From: Octopus bimaculoides
Taxonomy: Eukaryota
Length of the DNA stretch: 64,000 nt
Direction: 5' to 3'
NCBI RefSeq assembly: GCF_001194135.2
Contig: NC_068999.1
Span: 2,514,935-2,578,934, forward strand
The translations under genes and the position numbers were made by a program. Each line of letters starts with the position of its first letter. Within the stretch, counting starts at the first letter, position 1. Positions 43,201-56,529 of the stretch are shown here, one piece after another. Below the pieces are notes generated by a model, which made no database searches, had not been told where the DNA came from, and saw only the letters and a program-made list of their open reading frames with translations.

Positions 43201-46200
43201 TTTTAGCAATTAATTATTATTTCTCTTATCTGTTAATGCTGGATATTTTTAAATAACCATTTTCTTTTTAGCTTGGGAGAGAACCATTTTGTTATATGCT
43301 AGACATAAACATTTGCAAAAGTACTAGTTTTTGATAAAAGACTCAATCTATGAATTTATGTTAATAAAAAAAAATCTACCTGGCAAAGCTTTGTTTTTTT
43401 GAAAGACAATTTACTGGAAACTTCATTGTATTTTTTAATCCTCGTGTTTTCTTTTCAAGGAAGCCCAGTTGGACTCCTGATGATAAACTGATGGTCCGTC
43501 TACACAACAACGATGTTGAGTTTTATGAAAATGGAGATTTTGGTATGTTGCCGTAATGTTATATTTTAGAATTGAAATTTATGAAATAAAGAAAGACATT
43601 TATTCAGTGTTTATCAACAAGTATATTTGATTATTTTTACAATCTGATCAATTGCAATACCTCAAATGAAATGTTGAGAAAAATTTAAATTTCAACACAC
43701 TTTATATATTTTATTTAAAATATTCTCCAGATTATAGTGATATTAAAAAAAAAAAAAAATTAATAATGTAATGAGCATAGCTTTACTTTGTTTATTTCTC
43801 TCACTACTATGAATTTATTTAGTAGCATTCTGCTGGCTAGAAGCCTTTCTCTACACCATTCTAACACAAGATTCATTATGAAGAAATGATGTTGATTACA
43901 CTTATGCATATCTTTTGAATGAAACAATAATTTGACATTTTGATTTTTATTCTAGATAATCCAAAGACACGTCTTCATGCTGCAAAAATTTCTGAATATG
44001 CTTTTTCTAAGAGCGACCATGTTGCCATCTATATTCCTGGGAGTAAAGTGAGATTTTATCTTTATGCCATGTTTGCTATTTTAGGACCATTATATTTGAA
44101 ATAGTTCTTTTTATTTTACATCCATGTGTGAAATCTAACATTGTTTGGTCTGTTTGAATAACAGCTTGTAAGATAGTTGAACAGCAGTTAGACAAAACTG
44201 ATGTGAAAAGTACAGTTATGTTGGAGGGACAGTCAGACAAGTGTTAAATTGGAGGGTCAGATAGATTTGCAGTTGAGATAAATATTACTGGTATTAAACA
44301 ACTGGTTAAGCTGTCAGCCTACAAGTTTGACTACTTAAAGAAACAATGTTTTTGAGTCTATCGTTGATGCTGGACTGTTCTGATCTGATAAACAAAATAA
44401 TTTTCATTATTGGCTCTGTCCAATTAATTCTTTAATAGGTACTTTAACTAGAATTACGAGAATTTGCATTGCTGGATTTAAATCTTGTCAGAGATGAAAC
44501 CTGTAATTGAACGTTGGGATTATACAAGAAAACTGTGGTCAGTGCTGTCTCGTGCAGCATGACGCCTTCCAGTAATGCTGGTAGTAATTAAAAACAAAAA
44601 ACAAAACAAAAAAACTCATTGATTATATTTGTTTTTTAAGCAAAATGTATTTTCTAAATTGTTTAAGATGTAAATTGTAATAAGATTTGTAAAATGGTTC
44701 ATTCAACCATCTTTAAATTTGGATGTAGTTGTTAGTTGGAGAATTTCTTCTAAGATTTCATCAAATCTTTATATAATCTTCTTTGATTTTCAGGGTCAGC
44801 CATCAAATATTCGAATCTTCAAACATCCCAACTTCAATGGATGTCCCTTGGCAAATAAGAGCTTTTTCAAAGCTGACAAAATTACAATGTATTGGAATAA
44901 AGCTGGTGAGTGTAGATGTCTGTATGTGTGGAGTATATATAAATAAACTGTTTGAAATATTGTATTTTCACCATTTAATTCCTTTATATTTTTGTACAGC
45001 TTAGATGATGGAGGAATTGTAAGCCTAGTACTTACTCTATCAGTCGCTTTTGCTGAACCGCTAAGTTATGGGGACGTAAGCACACCAGCATCAGTTGTCA
45101 AGCAGGCGGGGGGGGGGGGGGACAAACACACACACACACACACACACATAAATATATATATATATACGACAGGCTTCTTTCAGTTTCCATCTACCAAATC
45201 CACTCATAGGCATTGGTCGGCCCAAGGCTATAGTAGAAGACACTTACCTAAGGTGCCACGCAGTAGGACTGAACCCAGGACCATGTGGTTGGTCTTCAGG
45301 TCTTCTCCAGCACAGAATCTTTATGATCACATGCCATCTTTTTCATGAGATCAGTCTTCACATGTCATTTTTTTTTGTGCATAGATTCATTCCTCTTTGT
45401 TTTTCTTTCCCTATTGGTCATCCTGCATTTTAATACCTCACATATCCTTTACTCTCTCTGTTCACTGGTGGTCCATTGTTTATGCACACAAACATTAATG
45501 TATACAGCAGAGCATGTTTGCCTCTGTTTTTTTTCCAACCTGTTGCACACATTCTCTGCATTCAATACCTGTTTCACTACTGTGCAACATTGCACTTCAT
45601 ACACAACCTTGCCCCAGCACAATTTGGCCCTCCATAACAAAACGCAAGAAGCTGTGCTGGAAACGCTTCATCCAATCCGAGTTAAAAATCTTGATTCTTC
45701 ACATGAATTCTGGTTTTATTCTTGATTCTAATTTTATTATTTTCAAGTGGTCATCTTTTTTTCTTCAGTTTTATTTTGTTTTTATTGCTTATACTTTACT
45801 CATCCATATTACTTTTTCTCTCTTTCTTGCCACTATTTTCTTAAATCTATTTTGAAGAGCTAAAAGTAATTTTAGAACCATTAATCCATATTTTCTCTGT
45901 TTTACCCTCCTTCTTCTCAGGTACCGGTTTGCTTGTGATTACATCAACAGAAACTTCAGACAAGTCATATTATGGAGAAACTGGCCTTCATTACCTTAGT
46001 ATAAAAGGTGAAGGTTGCCTTGTACCAAGAGGTAAATATTTTCATAACACACATGTTAATGCTCGCTTTGATTTAATACTTTGTCCTGCACGACTTCCTC
46101 TTGGATTTATTGAGGAATGAGACATTCAGTAAAGTGGTTGGTGATAGGAGGGGCATCCAACCATAGAAACTTGTCCAAAAATGGAACTCATATGCAAGGC

Positions 46201-48489
46201 ATGGAATCCATTAGCAGTGTCATAAGTTATCTGTCTAGCTGGGGTAGGAGCTCTAAATTAAGGACGGATACAGAGTGGAGATGAATCTACAGTCTGTGTC
46301 ACATTGAACACTTTATCCTTCCAATCCATTATGGAAAAATGGATGTAAAAATGAGGAGGATGGGAGTAACTTTCATGAATTAACCGTAAAACCTTGATAT
46401 TTTTAGTGGTATTTATACACATTTAAAGTAAATGAATGACTTTACTTTCAGCTAAAGATGGTCCTGTCTACTGTGTGGAGTGGCATCCCAATTCTACCCA
46501 ATTCTGCGTGGTTTATGGTTGTATCCTTTCATTTACTTCTATTTTCAATTGCCATTAAATAAACTTTATCAAATTATTTTCCGTTCTTTTGTACGGATTG
46601 TGTATGACCTCTACCTAAATCTACTTGTATCCCTTCTCATCTCTTTAATGTTTATCCCCCATGTTCCCACTCAAGGCTTTGTCTAATACTTTTTCTTCAA
46701 ACCAATAATCCTTTTGGAACATTCTCCTTTATGATTTTCTCTCAAACACCTGACCGTCAAAAGCTCAAATTGATATTAATCCTAATAACTATTTCCATCT
46801 TCTTCAGGTGGGCATGCAAAATCAATGGAAGATTTCTCTTTAGACTAAATTATAGATTAAAAATGCACATTGATATAGTTTTTCTTTTGCTGTAGGACAC
46901 TATTTGGTATGGTTGAAATTTTGAAGATGTTTAATAATCTTTTCTCCTCTAGGCACAAGGCCTGAAATTTTTTTTGGGCGGGGCAGTCGATTAGATCAAC
47001 CTCAGTACATAACTGGTACTTGATTTATCAACCTCGACAGGATTTAAGGCAAAGTCGACCTCAGCAGAATTTGAACTCAGAACGTAAAGACAGACGAAAT
47101 ACCGCTGAGCATTTCGCCTGGTGTGCCAGCTCACCACCAATGTTATTGTCTTGGCCATCATAAAAATAACGGAGCTGCTTTACCATATTTGGAATTACAG
47201 ATTTAAACAAAAATGTATTTTTAAATATAAAAAAATAAATTGTAACGTCATGCAACAGATGCACATGAATTTCTCTGTCGTCCAGTGTCATTCATGTGCA
47301 ATCTTCCATGACAGGCCAGAAGAAATACCCCCAGTTTGAAATTCCACTTTATTCAGATATTGCTTACTGGATAAGCTACAACTGTAGGTGTACAAGACTG
47401 AAATGTCTTGTCTTTATCACGATATCAGGACAGTTTGTCCCTATCTCCCTATTTGTATGTTTTCAAATATCTCAGAGAATCACGTCTTCATTCTTTTCAA
47501 CTATTTCTGGGATATACTTGTTCAATATTTCAACTTAGAAAAGGTTCATTTCCTTAACTATTTTTCTCTGCTACTAAGTAGCTGTCTCCTCTGTCGTGTA
47601 TCATGACATGGTCACTATGAAGTATCCAAACAGAACGAGGCTAATGTCCTCATCAACTTTACTGCCATACTTTAAAACATTCAGATTTGATATTTCACTT
47701 CAGTGTTTTTCTTGTAAAAACTGGTTGCTAGATACTTCACCTGGTTTAGCAATTATCGGGTCTTTATTTTCTCATTTTTGTTGAGTTCTTTGGAACTAGA
47801 TGTAGCTCTGTCACATATTAGAGTTGAAGATTGTTCATGGAGAGGTTTTCTTTTTTTTTTTTTACTTGATTGTATTTTTGTTTGTTATAGTTTCTTGAAG
47901 TTTTTTTTACATTCTAGTATTTTTTTTTTTTAAAGAATATGTAGTTAGATTGCCTTTTTCTGTATTTTGTTTCTGTTTTGAATGCAATATTTTTTGTCAT
48001 GTTTTGCCTGTCATAATTTTGTTTCTATTTTATCTAAGTTTTTCTCTTAATCCCAGCTACACCGCTGTGTTTTTAAATAAGTTATTTGATGATAAAAATC
48101 TTTGTATGCACTTCTATTTAAATGTTTTGCTGTGATCAAAAGTTATTCCTTAACCACATATTCCAGTTATGCCAGCCAAAGCTACACTCTATAACTTGAA
48201 ATGTGATCCTGTATTTGATTATGGAACTGCTCCACGGAATTCAGCCTTTTATAACCCACAGGGAAACAATATCCTTTTGCGCTATACTTCACCTTTGTGG
48301 AAAATGTCTTTCCTTAGAGATATGTGATGATAATTAGAGCCCTGTCAATTAGAGAGGTAGGACTTATTCTTTGTAAGCCTAGTACTTGTTCTATCGGTCT
48401 CTTTTGCCGAACTGCAAAGTTACAGGGACGTAAATACAGCAGCATCGGTTGTCAAGCGATGGTGGGAGGACAAACACGGATACACAAAC

Positions 48490-48531
<42 letters not shown>

Positions 48532-51500
48532 NNNNNNNNNNNNNNNNNNNNNNNNNNNNNNNNNNNNNNNNNNNNNNNNNNNNNNNNNNNNNNNNNNNNN
48601 NNNNNNNNNNNNNNNNNNNNNNNNNNNNNNNNNNNNNNNNNNNNNNNNNNNNNNNNNNNNNNNNNNNNNNNNNNNNNNNNNNNNNNNNNNNNNNNNNNNN
48701 NNNNNNNNNNNNNNNNNNNNNNNNNNNNNNNNNNNNNNNNNNNNNNNNNNNNNNNNNNNNNNNNNNNNNNNNNNNNNNNNNNNNNNNNNNNNNNNNNNNN
48801 NNNNNNNNNNNNNNNNNNNNNNNNNNNNNNNNNNNNNNNNNNNNNNNNNNNNNNNNNNNNNNNNNNNNNNNNNNNNNNNNNNNNNNNNNNNNNNNNNNNN
48901 NNNNNNNNNNNNNNNNNNNNNNNNNNNNNNNNNNNNNNNNNNNNNNNNNNNNNNNNNNNNNNNNNNNNNNNNNNNNNNNNNNNNNNNNNNNNNNNNNNNN
49001 NNNNNNNNNNNNNNNNNNNNNNNNNNNNNNNNNNNNNNNNNNNNNNNNNNNNNNNNNNNNNNNNNNNNNNNNNNNNNNNNNNNNNNNNNNNNNNNNNNNN
49101 NNNNNNNNNNNNNNNNNNNNNNNNNNNNNNNNNNNNNNNNNNNNNNNNNNNNNNNNNNNNNNNNNNNNNNNNNNNNNNNNNNNNNNNNNNNNNNNNNNNN
49201 NNNNNNNNNNNNNNNNNNNNNNNNNNNNNNNNNNNNNNNNNNNNNNNNNNNNNNNNNNNNNNNNNNNNNNNNNNNNNNNNNNNNNNNNNNNNNNNNNNNN
49301 NNNNNNNNNNNNNNNNNNNNNTATATATATATATGCATATGATAGGTTTCTGTGTACAAAATCCACTCACAAGGCTTTGGTCATCCTGAGGCTATAGCAG
49401 AAGACACTTGCTCAAGGTGCCATGCAGTGGGACTGAACCTGGAACTATGTGGTTGGGAAGCAAGCTTCTTACCACACAGCCACGCCTATACCAAAATGAT
49501 TTTTATCTTAATTACATAGACTCTAGATTACTTCCAAAACCGATGGAGTTACAAGCTTTGCCTAATTATAATTATATTCAGTATGGATAGTCCATTTCAC
49601 TATTCCTATAAAATCAATAGATATTTGATAATTTTATTTTTAATTTAATTAGTAAATTTTATTGTTGAAGTTTTAGATAATTTCTGAAAATTCATCATCA
49701 TCATCATCATTTAATGTCCGTTTTCCATGCTGGCATGGGTTGGACAGTTTGACTGGGGACTGGCAAGCCAGGAGGTGGCACCAGGTTCCGATCTGGTCTG
49801 GCAATGTTTCTACAGCAGGATGCCCTTCATAACGCCAACCACCCAGAGAGTGTAGTGGGTGCTTTTTACGTGCCATCGACACGAGGGCCAGTTAGGTGGG
49901 CCTGGCATCGATCACGTTCGGATGGTGCTTTTTACATGCCACTAGCACAGGGGCCAGTCAGTGAGTACTGGCATCGACCACGTTCGGATGGTGCTTTTTA
50001 CGTGCTACCGGCACAAGAGCCAGTCAGGGTACTGGCATTGGCCATGTTCGGTTGGTGCTTTTTACATGCCATCAGCACGAGAGTCAGTCAGGGGGTATAC
50101 TGGCATCGACCACATTTGGATGGGACTTTTTATGTGCCACCAACACGAGAGCATCAACATTATTTTTCCTTTACTGTTAACTTTTGTGTTTGGCTGGATT
50201 TGGTAATTTGCAAGGTGATTTGGAATTCTGGGATCTTCAGCAACAAAAAGTGATCAGTTCTACTAAAGCAATGGATACAACACATTTTGCTTGGTGTCCT
50301 GATGGTGTTCACTTTATTACAGCTACCATGGCTCCTCGACTCCGTGTTGGTAATGGGTAAGTACTTTATTATTATTATTATTATTATTTTGTATTTGCAT
50401 TGGCAAGATGCTCCTTCAATTTGCTTGAAAGTTCATCCCAATTAGGTTATTAAAATTCTTCATCTAAAAAAAAACAATGGCAGCAAAAGTGAAAGGATGG
50501 ATGATGACGGTGACTACAATTCTTACCTACACCACCAAAAGTAAAGGGACAGCTACAGCAACATGGCAAATAAAGAGAACAAGCAAACCTTGTCGACGAC
50601 CATCTCCTGCACACACCTTTACATCATTTCAGCCACAACAGAAATAGCACCACCAAAACCCAGCTGTCTCACTACCAGGGATGTCACTTTGACCAATATG
50701 CCTGTTGTTGGTTATGATATCTTTATTAAAGCAATGACTGCTACGCCTAAACTGCCGAAACTGTGTCTTTTGCTAATTCAGGCAAAGATATGCGGAAAAT
50801 TTGATAAGGTAACTAAGGGAGGATGAAGAGGAAACTCTTGCCATACCAGAACATATTAACAAACCAGGAGGTGCATAGTAACCTACTCTTACATAGGACA
50901 AAAGAAAAAGTAGATGGGTGGAAAGACCAAATCTAGCTGAAATAGAATTCTGTTCTGACAGAAAGAACTCTAAAAATTCGAAGAATTAATCCTGATATTC
51001 TCATATCTTGGCTGATGTGTGGCAAACATATTGGTTGATAGCAGCTGGCTGGCATTGAAGAGGAGACCCAGGTATTAGACGTTTGTAAGTTTTGCAATGA
51101 GAACTAAAGGAATAAAGGAATGGTGCTCTTGATCCAAACAGAGCAGGATATAACTGAAGCCATCCCTGACCTAATTCACTTGTTAGATAAAACCCATTTG
51201 TTTGTGCTGATAGAAGACTGAAGGCCAAGGTGTCACATGTGTGGGTTTTTTTTTGTCCACAGCAGAGGAGGCCAAACGAAAGGTCCCCACTGCTGTTAAT
51301 ATCACAACTTGAATAATATGAATGATAGCAGGCGACTACAATGACAATAATTATTTCAATAGTAAAATCAGTAGCAGCTGTGAAAGTAAGGGCAGCCGTA
51401 ACAGCAGTGCCAACCGAAATGCAGAACAGAACCCTAATGACAACAAAATGCTCCGTCTCTACAAAATAGCATAAAACGTTTGGGTCACCATTTAGATTAT

Positions 51501-52365
51501 TCAGGTTTGTCCTGCAACGAGGACCATAAAGATGGAAATTAGAAAACGGTCCCTTGTAAGAAGGGAGAAAGAAACGGGAAAGGGACACAACAAATCTACA
51601 CTCACAAAAAGCTGAGAGATTGAGAGGGAGGAAATTGATGTGATTCCTAATAATTAATGGAAACTCTTCTGCTTGACCTCCTTTTACAACAGCAGAAAAA
51701 ATATTTATCCAATTAATGAAAAAAAAAAAATGAAGTTTAGAAAATGACTAATTTTTGATATTTTTTTAATTTAATTTCCTTTCAGGTATAAACTGTGGCA
51801 TTATACTGGAAGTATTTTGGCTCAGTTGGAAATACCGTCTGGAAAAGAATTATGGGAGTCATTATGGATGCCAGATATGGATGGCAAATTCCCTTCGAAA
51901 TCTATTGTGTATAAGAAGGTACCATCNNNNNNNNNNNNNNNNNNNNNNNNNNNNNNNNNNNNNNNNNNNNNNNNNNNNNNNNNNNNNNNNNNNNNNNNNN
52001 NNNNNNNNNNNNNNNNNNNNNNNNNNNNNNNNNNNNNNNNNNNNNNNNNNNNNNNNNNNNNNNNNNNNNNNNNNNNNNNNNNNNNNNNNNNNNNNNNNNN
52101 NNNNNNNNNNNNNNNNNNNNNNNNNNNNNNNNNNNNNNNNNNNNNNNNNNNNNNNNNNNNNNNNNNNNNNNNNNNNNNNNNNNNNNNNNNNNNNNNNNNN
52201 NNNNNNNNNNNNNNNNNNNNNNNNNNNNNNNNNNNNNNNNNNNNNNNNNNNNNNNNNNNNNNNNNNNNNNNNNNNNNTATCGATCTCTTTTGTCAAACTG
52301 CTAATTTACAGGGACATAAACACACCAACACCAGTTGTCAAGCGATGGTGGGAGGACAAACACAA

Positions 52366-52416
<51 letters not shown>

Positions 52417-55400
52417 CACGATGGGCTTCTTTCAGTTTCCGTCTACCAAATCTACTCGTAAGGCTTAGGTCGGTCCAAGGCTATATAGTAGAATGCCCAA
52501 AGTGCCATGCAGTGGGACTGAACCTGGAACCATGTGGTTGGTAAGCAAGCTACTTACCATACAGCCACATCTGCAGACTCCTTCACATCAACCCTACCAT
52601 CATAGAAAAGAACACGTTGGGTAAAGTGGCCTTGGGTTCCATACACAACTTGGTGAAAAGAGGGATTGTTTATAACTGAAATTCCTTTCATCTGAAGTCT
52701 ACTCAGTCAGCCTAAACACCCATCACCAACTTAGATGATATCTTGTATTTTATTTCTCATATTTCTTTTTTTAGGTCGAATGGGTTCATCTAGATTGTAT
52801 GTTTCTTGTAGGGCATCTTTTGAAGCCTTTCTCGTCCAATATTTTATGAGGTTCATTAAGACTTGATAGGGTTTTATATTTTTTACTATTGTAGGACTTG
52901 AATTCTTTTGCTAGTTTGACAGAAAAAAGTATTCTGCTCAAGGATTCTGTTTAGCTATTCACACATTCAACTTGGCTGCTTTCCCATTCGTTGGAAAGTC
53001 TCTGGCTATTATTGTGTTACTCTAAGAAACAATTATATACTTTAATAATTGAAACTAAAATTTCTTTAACATGTTATAAATTTGAAATTTATTTTAAATA
53101 TATTTGCAGTGAAACCTGTTGCTGCCTATCGCCCTCCACACGCTCGCGGTCAGCCTGCTTCAGATTTTAAGTTACATGAATTCGAACCTCCTTCCAATAA
53201 AAAAATTCCAGGTCTTAGTGAGTAATGTGTTTTTTCTTAATATTCTCATTTGTTTGAACAAAATGTTGGAAGATGAAAGTTTCTAACTCAGATTTGAAAT
53301 AAATTACTAGGAATAAACTTACCAGTGTAGTTTGCTGAATCAAATTCTTCTACAGCTATTGGCTGTGACATATAGCCAATGGATAAGATATGCTAAGCCA
53401 TTGTCTTGTTGTGCTGTTGCTGTCAACTTGGCTACAAATATCTGTACCTTGATAGCTGACATGTCTTAAGAAAAGCTGTCTAAATGTTATAATCTCTTGT
53501 GTAATTGTAAGCTGTGAAATTTTAAGGCATTTTGCTTTAAGTTTTAAGGCACTGTTTTGCAAATCTACTTTACATCAGTTTGAAATATTTGGATAATGAT
53601 CTGTATTATGTTTCTGTACTTTGAAATTTAAAGACTCAAGTTATGCAAAGACAAAATTATCATTTTAGTAACTTATTTTTTTTGTTTCTAAGATATTTTC
53701 ATGAGTGAAATATGCAGGAGTCGTGATCGTAACCTACTCAACCAACACTAGTATGGAGAGCAGATGCAGAACGACAGTCATGGCTCTCTATCAACTCAGA
53801 GATAACAATTTTCAGAAAAAATATATAATTTTGAAGTGTAATGGTAATTTAAACTATATTTGGCATAAATGAAATTTTTGAAATCTTCTCTACAGATTCT
53901 GGAGACACAGGAAAAAAAGGTAATAAGAAGGCTAAAGGTCAGAAACAGGTAAATTATTTCTCTAAACACTCCATATTTTAATATAATGATTTCTGATATT
54001 GGAAAAAGGAATATATAATTATGCAGTTTCTAATTATGGCAACTCATTATGGTTTTGAAATGAAGAATGATATTGTTTAAAATTCTAGACAGCTCTGAGT
54101 TGAGATCCAGTTTATCATGATTTTTTTTTTTTTCACATATTCTCCAGTTGTCTGGAAGTAGTAAATTCTAATTTATGCAAATTAACCACTAAGTAATTGC
54201 CTGTAACAAAACTGAAAGTCAAAAAATGGTGATAAACAACAGTAATATTTTCATTTCTTTTTTCTTTAGATTCAACAAGCTAACATCCCTGGATTAGCAC
54301 CAATCACTGTTGAAAAGAAAACAAATTCTGAATCTGCCGATTTTGACAAAGATAAAAAAATAAGGAATTTAAAGAAGGTAATTACAAAACTTAATTTTTA
54401 TTTTCTAATTTTATTTTCCTCTGGAATCTTTGAAATTGGTTGGGGTGGGTGATGTATTTCATTGTGATCCTTTAAGATTAACGCTAGAACTGTAGAAAAC
54501 CATTTATGCAAAGTAAAATATTCAATCATTGGGTTGTAGAGATATGTCTGGCCATATGCACAAGTTGTAGAGTGGAGTGGTGACTTTCTTTGCATGCTTT
54601 AACATAGTGTGGAATTGGAAGCAATGCAGAATATGAGTTGCAGAGCCTTGGTTCTAGGGTAGTGGGTAGATTTCTACAAGGTTAGTATTGATCTTGACAA
54701 ATAAACCAGAACACCCAGTTGCTATTTGGTTAGTAAGAGAGAGAGATAGTAAGACCATGCAATACATCTCAGCAGACTTTACTTTCCTATTGAATGTTCC
54801 ATTTGAATATTTCACTTGTATGTGGGTAACAACTGCAAGTGAACCATTTTTGGAGGGACACAAGTGGCTCATCCCATCCTCCTAGCTGTCTTGGATTACT
54901 CTGGGGAGGCACATTTGCTGGTAAGGTTACTTACTGTAAAATCGTCAGAACTGCAACTTGGAGGAAGACTTGAAATGTCTGAATGTGTGGGTTGCATTGA
55001 ATGGGCAACATGCAATACTGTTGACATGGGTTAACTTCTTATTTTGGAAACCTTGTTATATTTTAATTCTTTTTTCTTTTTGTAGAAAATTACTCAGATA
55101 AACAAGCTGAAAGAGCAACAGAAAACTGGCAAAAAACTCGATGAAACTCAGGTAAAAATGATTTCATTGTTTAGAATTGGTATTGAAATGACCTGGAGAA
55201 TCACTACCCTCCCGCTGGTTTTTTTCCCTCTAGCAGTTGGCAGATCAGACAATATTTTTGGTTTTCTGTTACATTTTCTATTTCATTCCTTTGGAGACAG
55301 TGTAAGGAGATGCTTACGGGAAGCTGAGAGTCTTTCAGTTATGAATGTAGACACCATTACACAAACTCCATTTTAATAAGGCTATTTCAGTGTACATGTT

Positions 55401-55817
55401 GGCTTTATTGTTTTTGCTACCATATTCAGCTTCCTACTTACTTTTTCCCCAGATGCTTGGATGCACCAGTTTCAATCTCTCCCCACCAGTCTTCACATTC
55501 ATGTTTTCCTGCCATGTAACAAATGCATTTCATACAATCTGCCGTTCGGTTGGAGAGATCTTGTTAGCAGAGCTATTAGCTACCTCAACTTTTTTCACCT
55601 TATTTTAACTAATCAGGTTATTCCAGTATCAGAAGTAATCAACTACTTCCAAAGAATCTTTAAAGCATTTGCAAGAATTTATTTCATGTATGTCCCTATT
55701 GTTAACTGTTACTTCATAAGAAGTCTGATTATTGATTTTTTTTTTTTTTTCCAGTTACAAAAAATATCTAAGTATGATGAAATTACGAAAGAGATTAATG
55801 AATTGAAACTGCAATAA
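39774..55817 (+). CDS. EIF2A: Eukaryotic translation initiation factor 2A; exons 39774-39801, 41250-41316, 42011-42085, 42481-42596, 42723-42813, 43460-43542, 43956-44047, 44794-44905, 45921-46031, 46452-46520, 48167-48268, 50182-50356, 51786-(runs into gap at 51927), 53110-53217, 53896-53948, 54270-54377, 55086-55151, 55755-55817
   Basis: Spliced translation contains LRGSDG, ANKSFFKADKITMYWNKAG, DKSYYGETGLH, DGPVYCVEWHP...FCVVYGFMPAKATLYNLKCDPVFDYGTAPRNSAFYNPQGNILCLAGFGNLQG, FITATMAPRLRVGNGYKLWHYTG, AYRPPHARG and DKDKKIRNLKKK...QQKTGKKLDETQLQKI. All are eIF2A motifs and the phases are consistent. Confidence 0.96.
46521..48166 (+). other. U12-type (minor spliceosome) GT-AG intron of EIF2A
   Basis: 5' site GTATCCTTTC; branch site TTCCTTAAC at 48146-48154, 12 nt before the AG; no polypyrimidine tract. 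Splicing restores VYG-F-MPAKAT. Confidence 0.92.
48269..50181 (+). other. U12-type AT-AC intron of EIF2A
   Basis: 5' site ATATCCTTTT; branch-like TTCCTTTAC at 50166-50174; 3' end AC at 50180-50181. Splicing restores QGN-I-LCLAGFGNL. Confidence 0.9.
49690..50160 (-). mobile_element. Family C retroposon with an RTE-like (ATG)n tail and an internal ~65-bp tandem array (other copies about 350-760, 5095-5345, 31180-31660, 41560-41700, 42835-43160)
   Basis: CATCATCATTTAA.GTCCGTTTTCCATGCTGGCATGGGTTGGAC...GGATGCCCTTCCTAACGCCAACCAC followed by GTGCTTTTTACGTGCCA... repeat units. Confidence 0.8.
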
Positions 55818-56529
55818 CCGTTCAGGCCTTCATCCAGTAGAAATGGTTGAAGAACTTACGGTGAAATTCCAAGTGTTCCAATCCATTGAGGTAAAGAAAA
55901 ACAACAAATCAGAACTTTAATAAACAAAAATAAAATCTACTTTGATTATAGACATAGACTTGTTTTTGTTTTTTTTTTTAATCTTGCATTCTTTTCCTGC
56001 AACATCAAACTCTCATGATCACATTTTAATATTCGCTAAACTCCCACAATGTAAGTGTTTTGGGGGCAGGGGCTGAAAGTAATTCCGGAAGTATTACTCC
56101 CTACTTTTAACATATTTACCTTTAGTAATGACTCAAAATTTAATTTTAGATTGGAGGAGGCCCATCAATAAACTTCAGTTTTTTATTTAAAAATCTCTTA
56201 AAACCTGAAATGATACATTTTATCAATGTTTACTGTCACAGATTGAAAAAAAAAGTGATAAGAAGTCAATTATTTTACTTTTCATCATCAGATGAATACT
56301 TAAATGAGAAATTAATTCTTGATTTCTGGAAGTAAAGGAATGGGAAATGCATACTTGTTGCATCTTGGTCACAGAATTTACTAATGGCAAATATGAAGGA
56401 GAACCAAAGGAAGCTGTGGGCACAAACCTGGGTGAATCTGACCCCAGGAGCAGATCTTGGTGGTAGTAAAAGAAAAAAATATATGACATATAAATCAATT
56501 TAAATAGCTTCTTTTTTGCCTGCTTTTAG

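Noticed and set aside
48324-49397. Long ORFs of 300-357 aa in the ORF track
   Set aside because: They are artefacts of N gaps translated as X (likewise at 6.6, 13.8, 17.6, 35.4, 40.3, 52.0 and 60.5 kb).
49855-50160. CRISPR-like array of palindromic repeats (also about 540-720 and 31400-31640)
   Set aside because: Eukaryotic context, no unique spacers of constant length, no cas genes. The array is embedded in a multi-copy retroposon.
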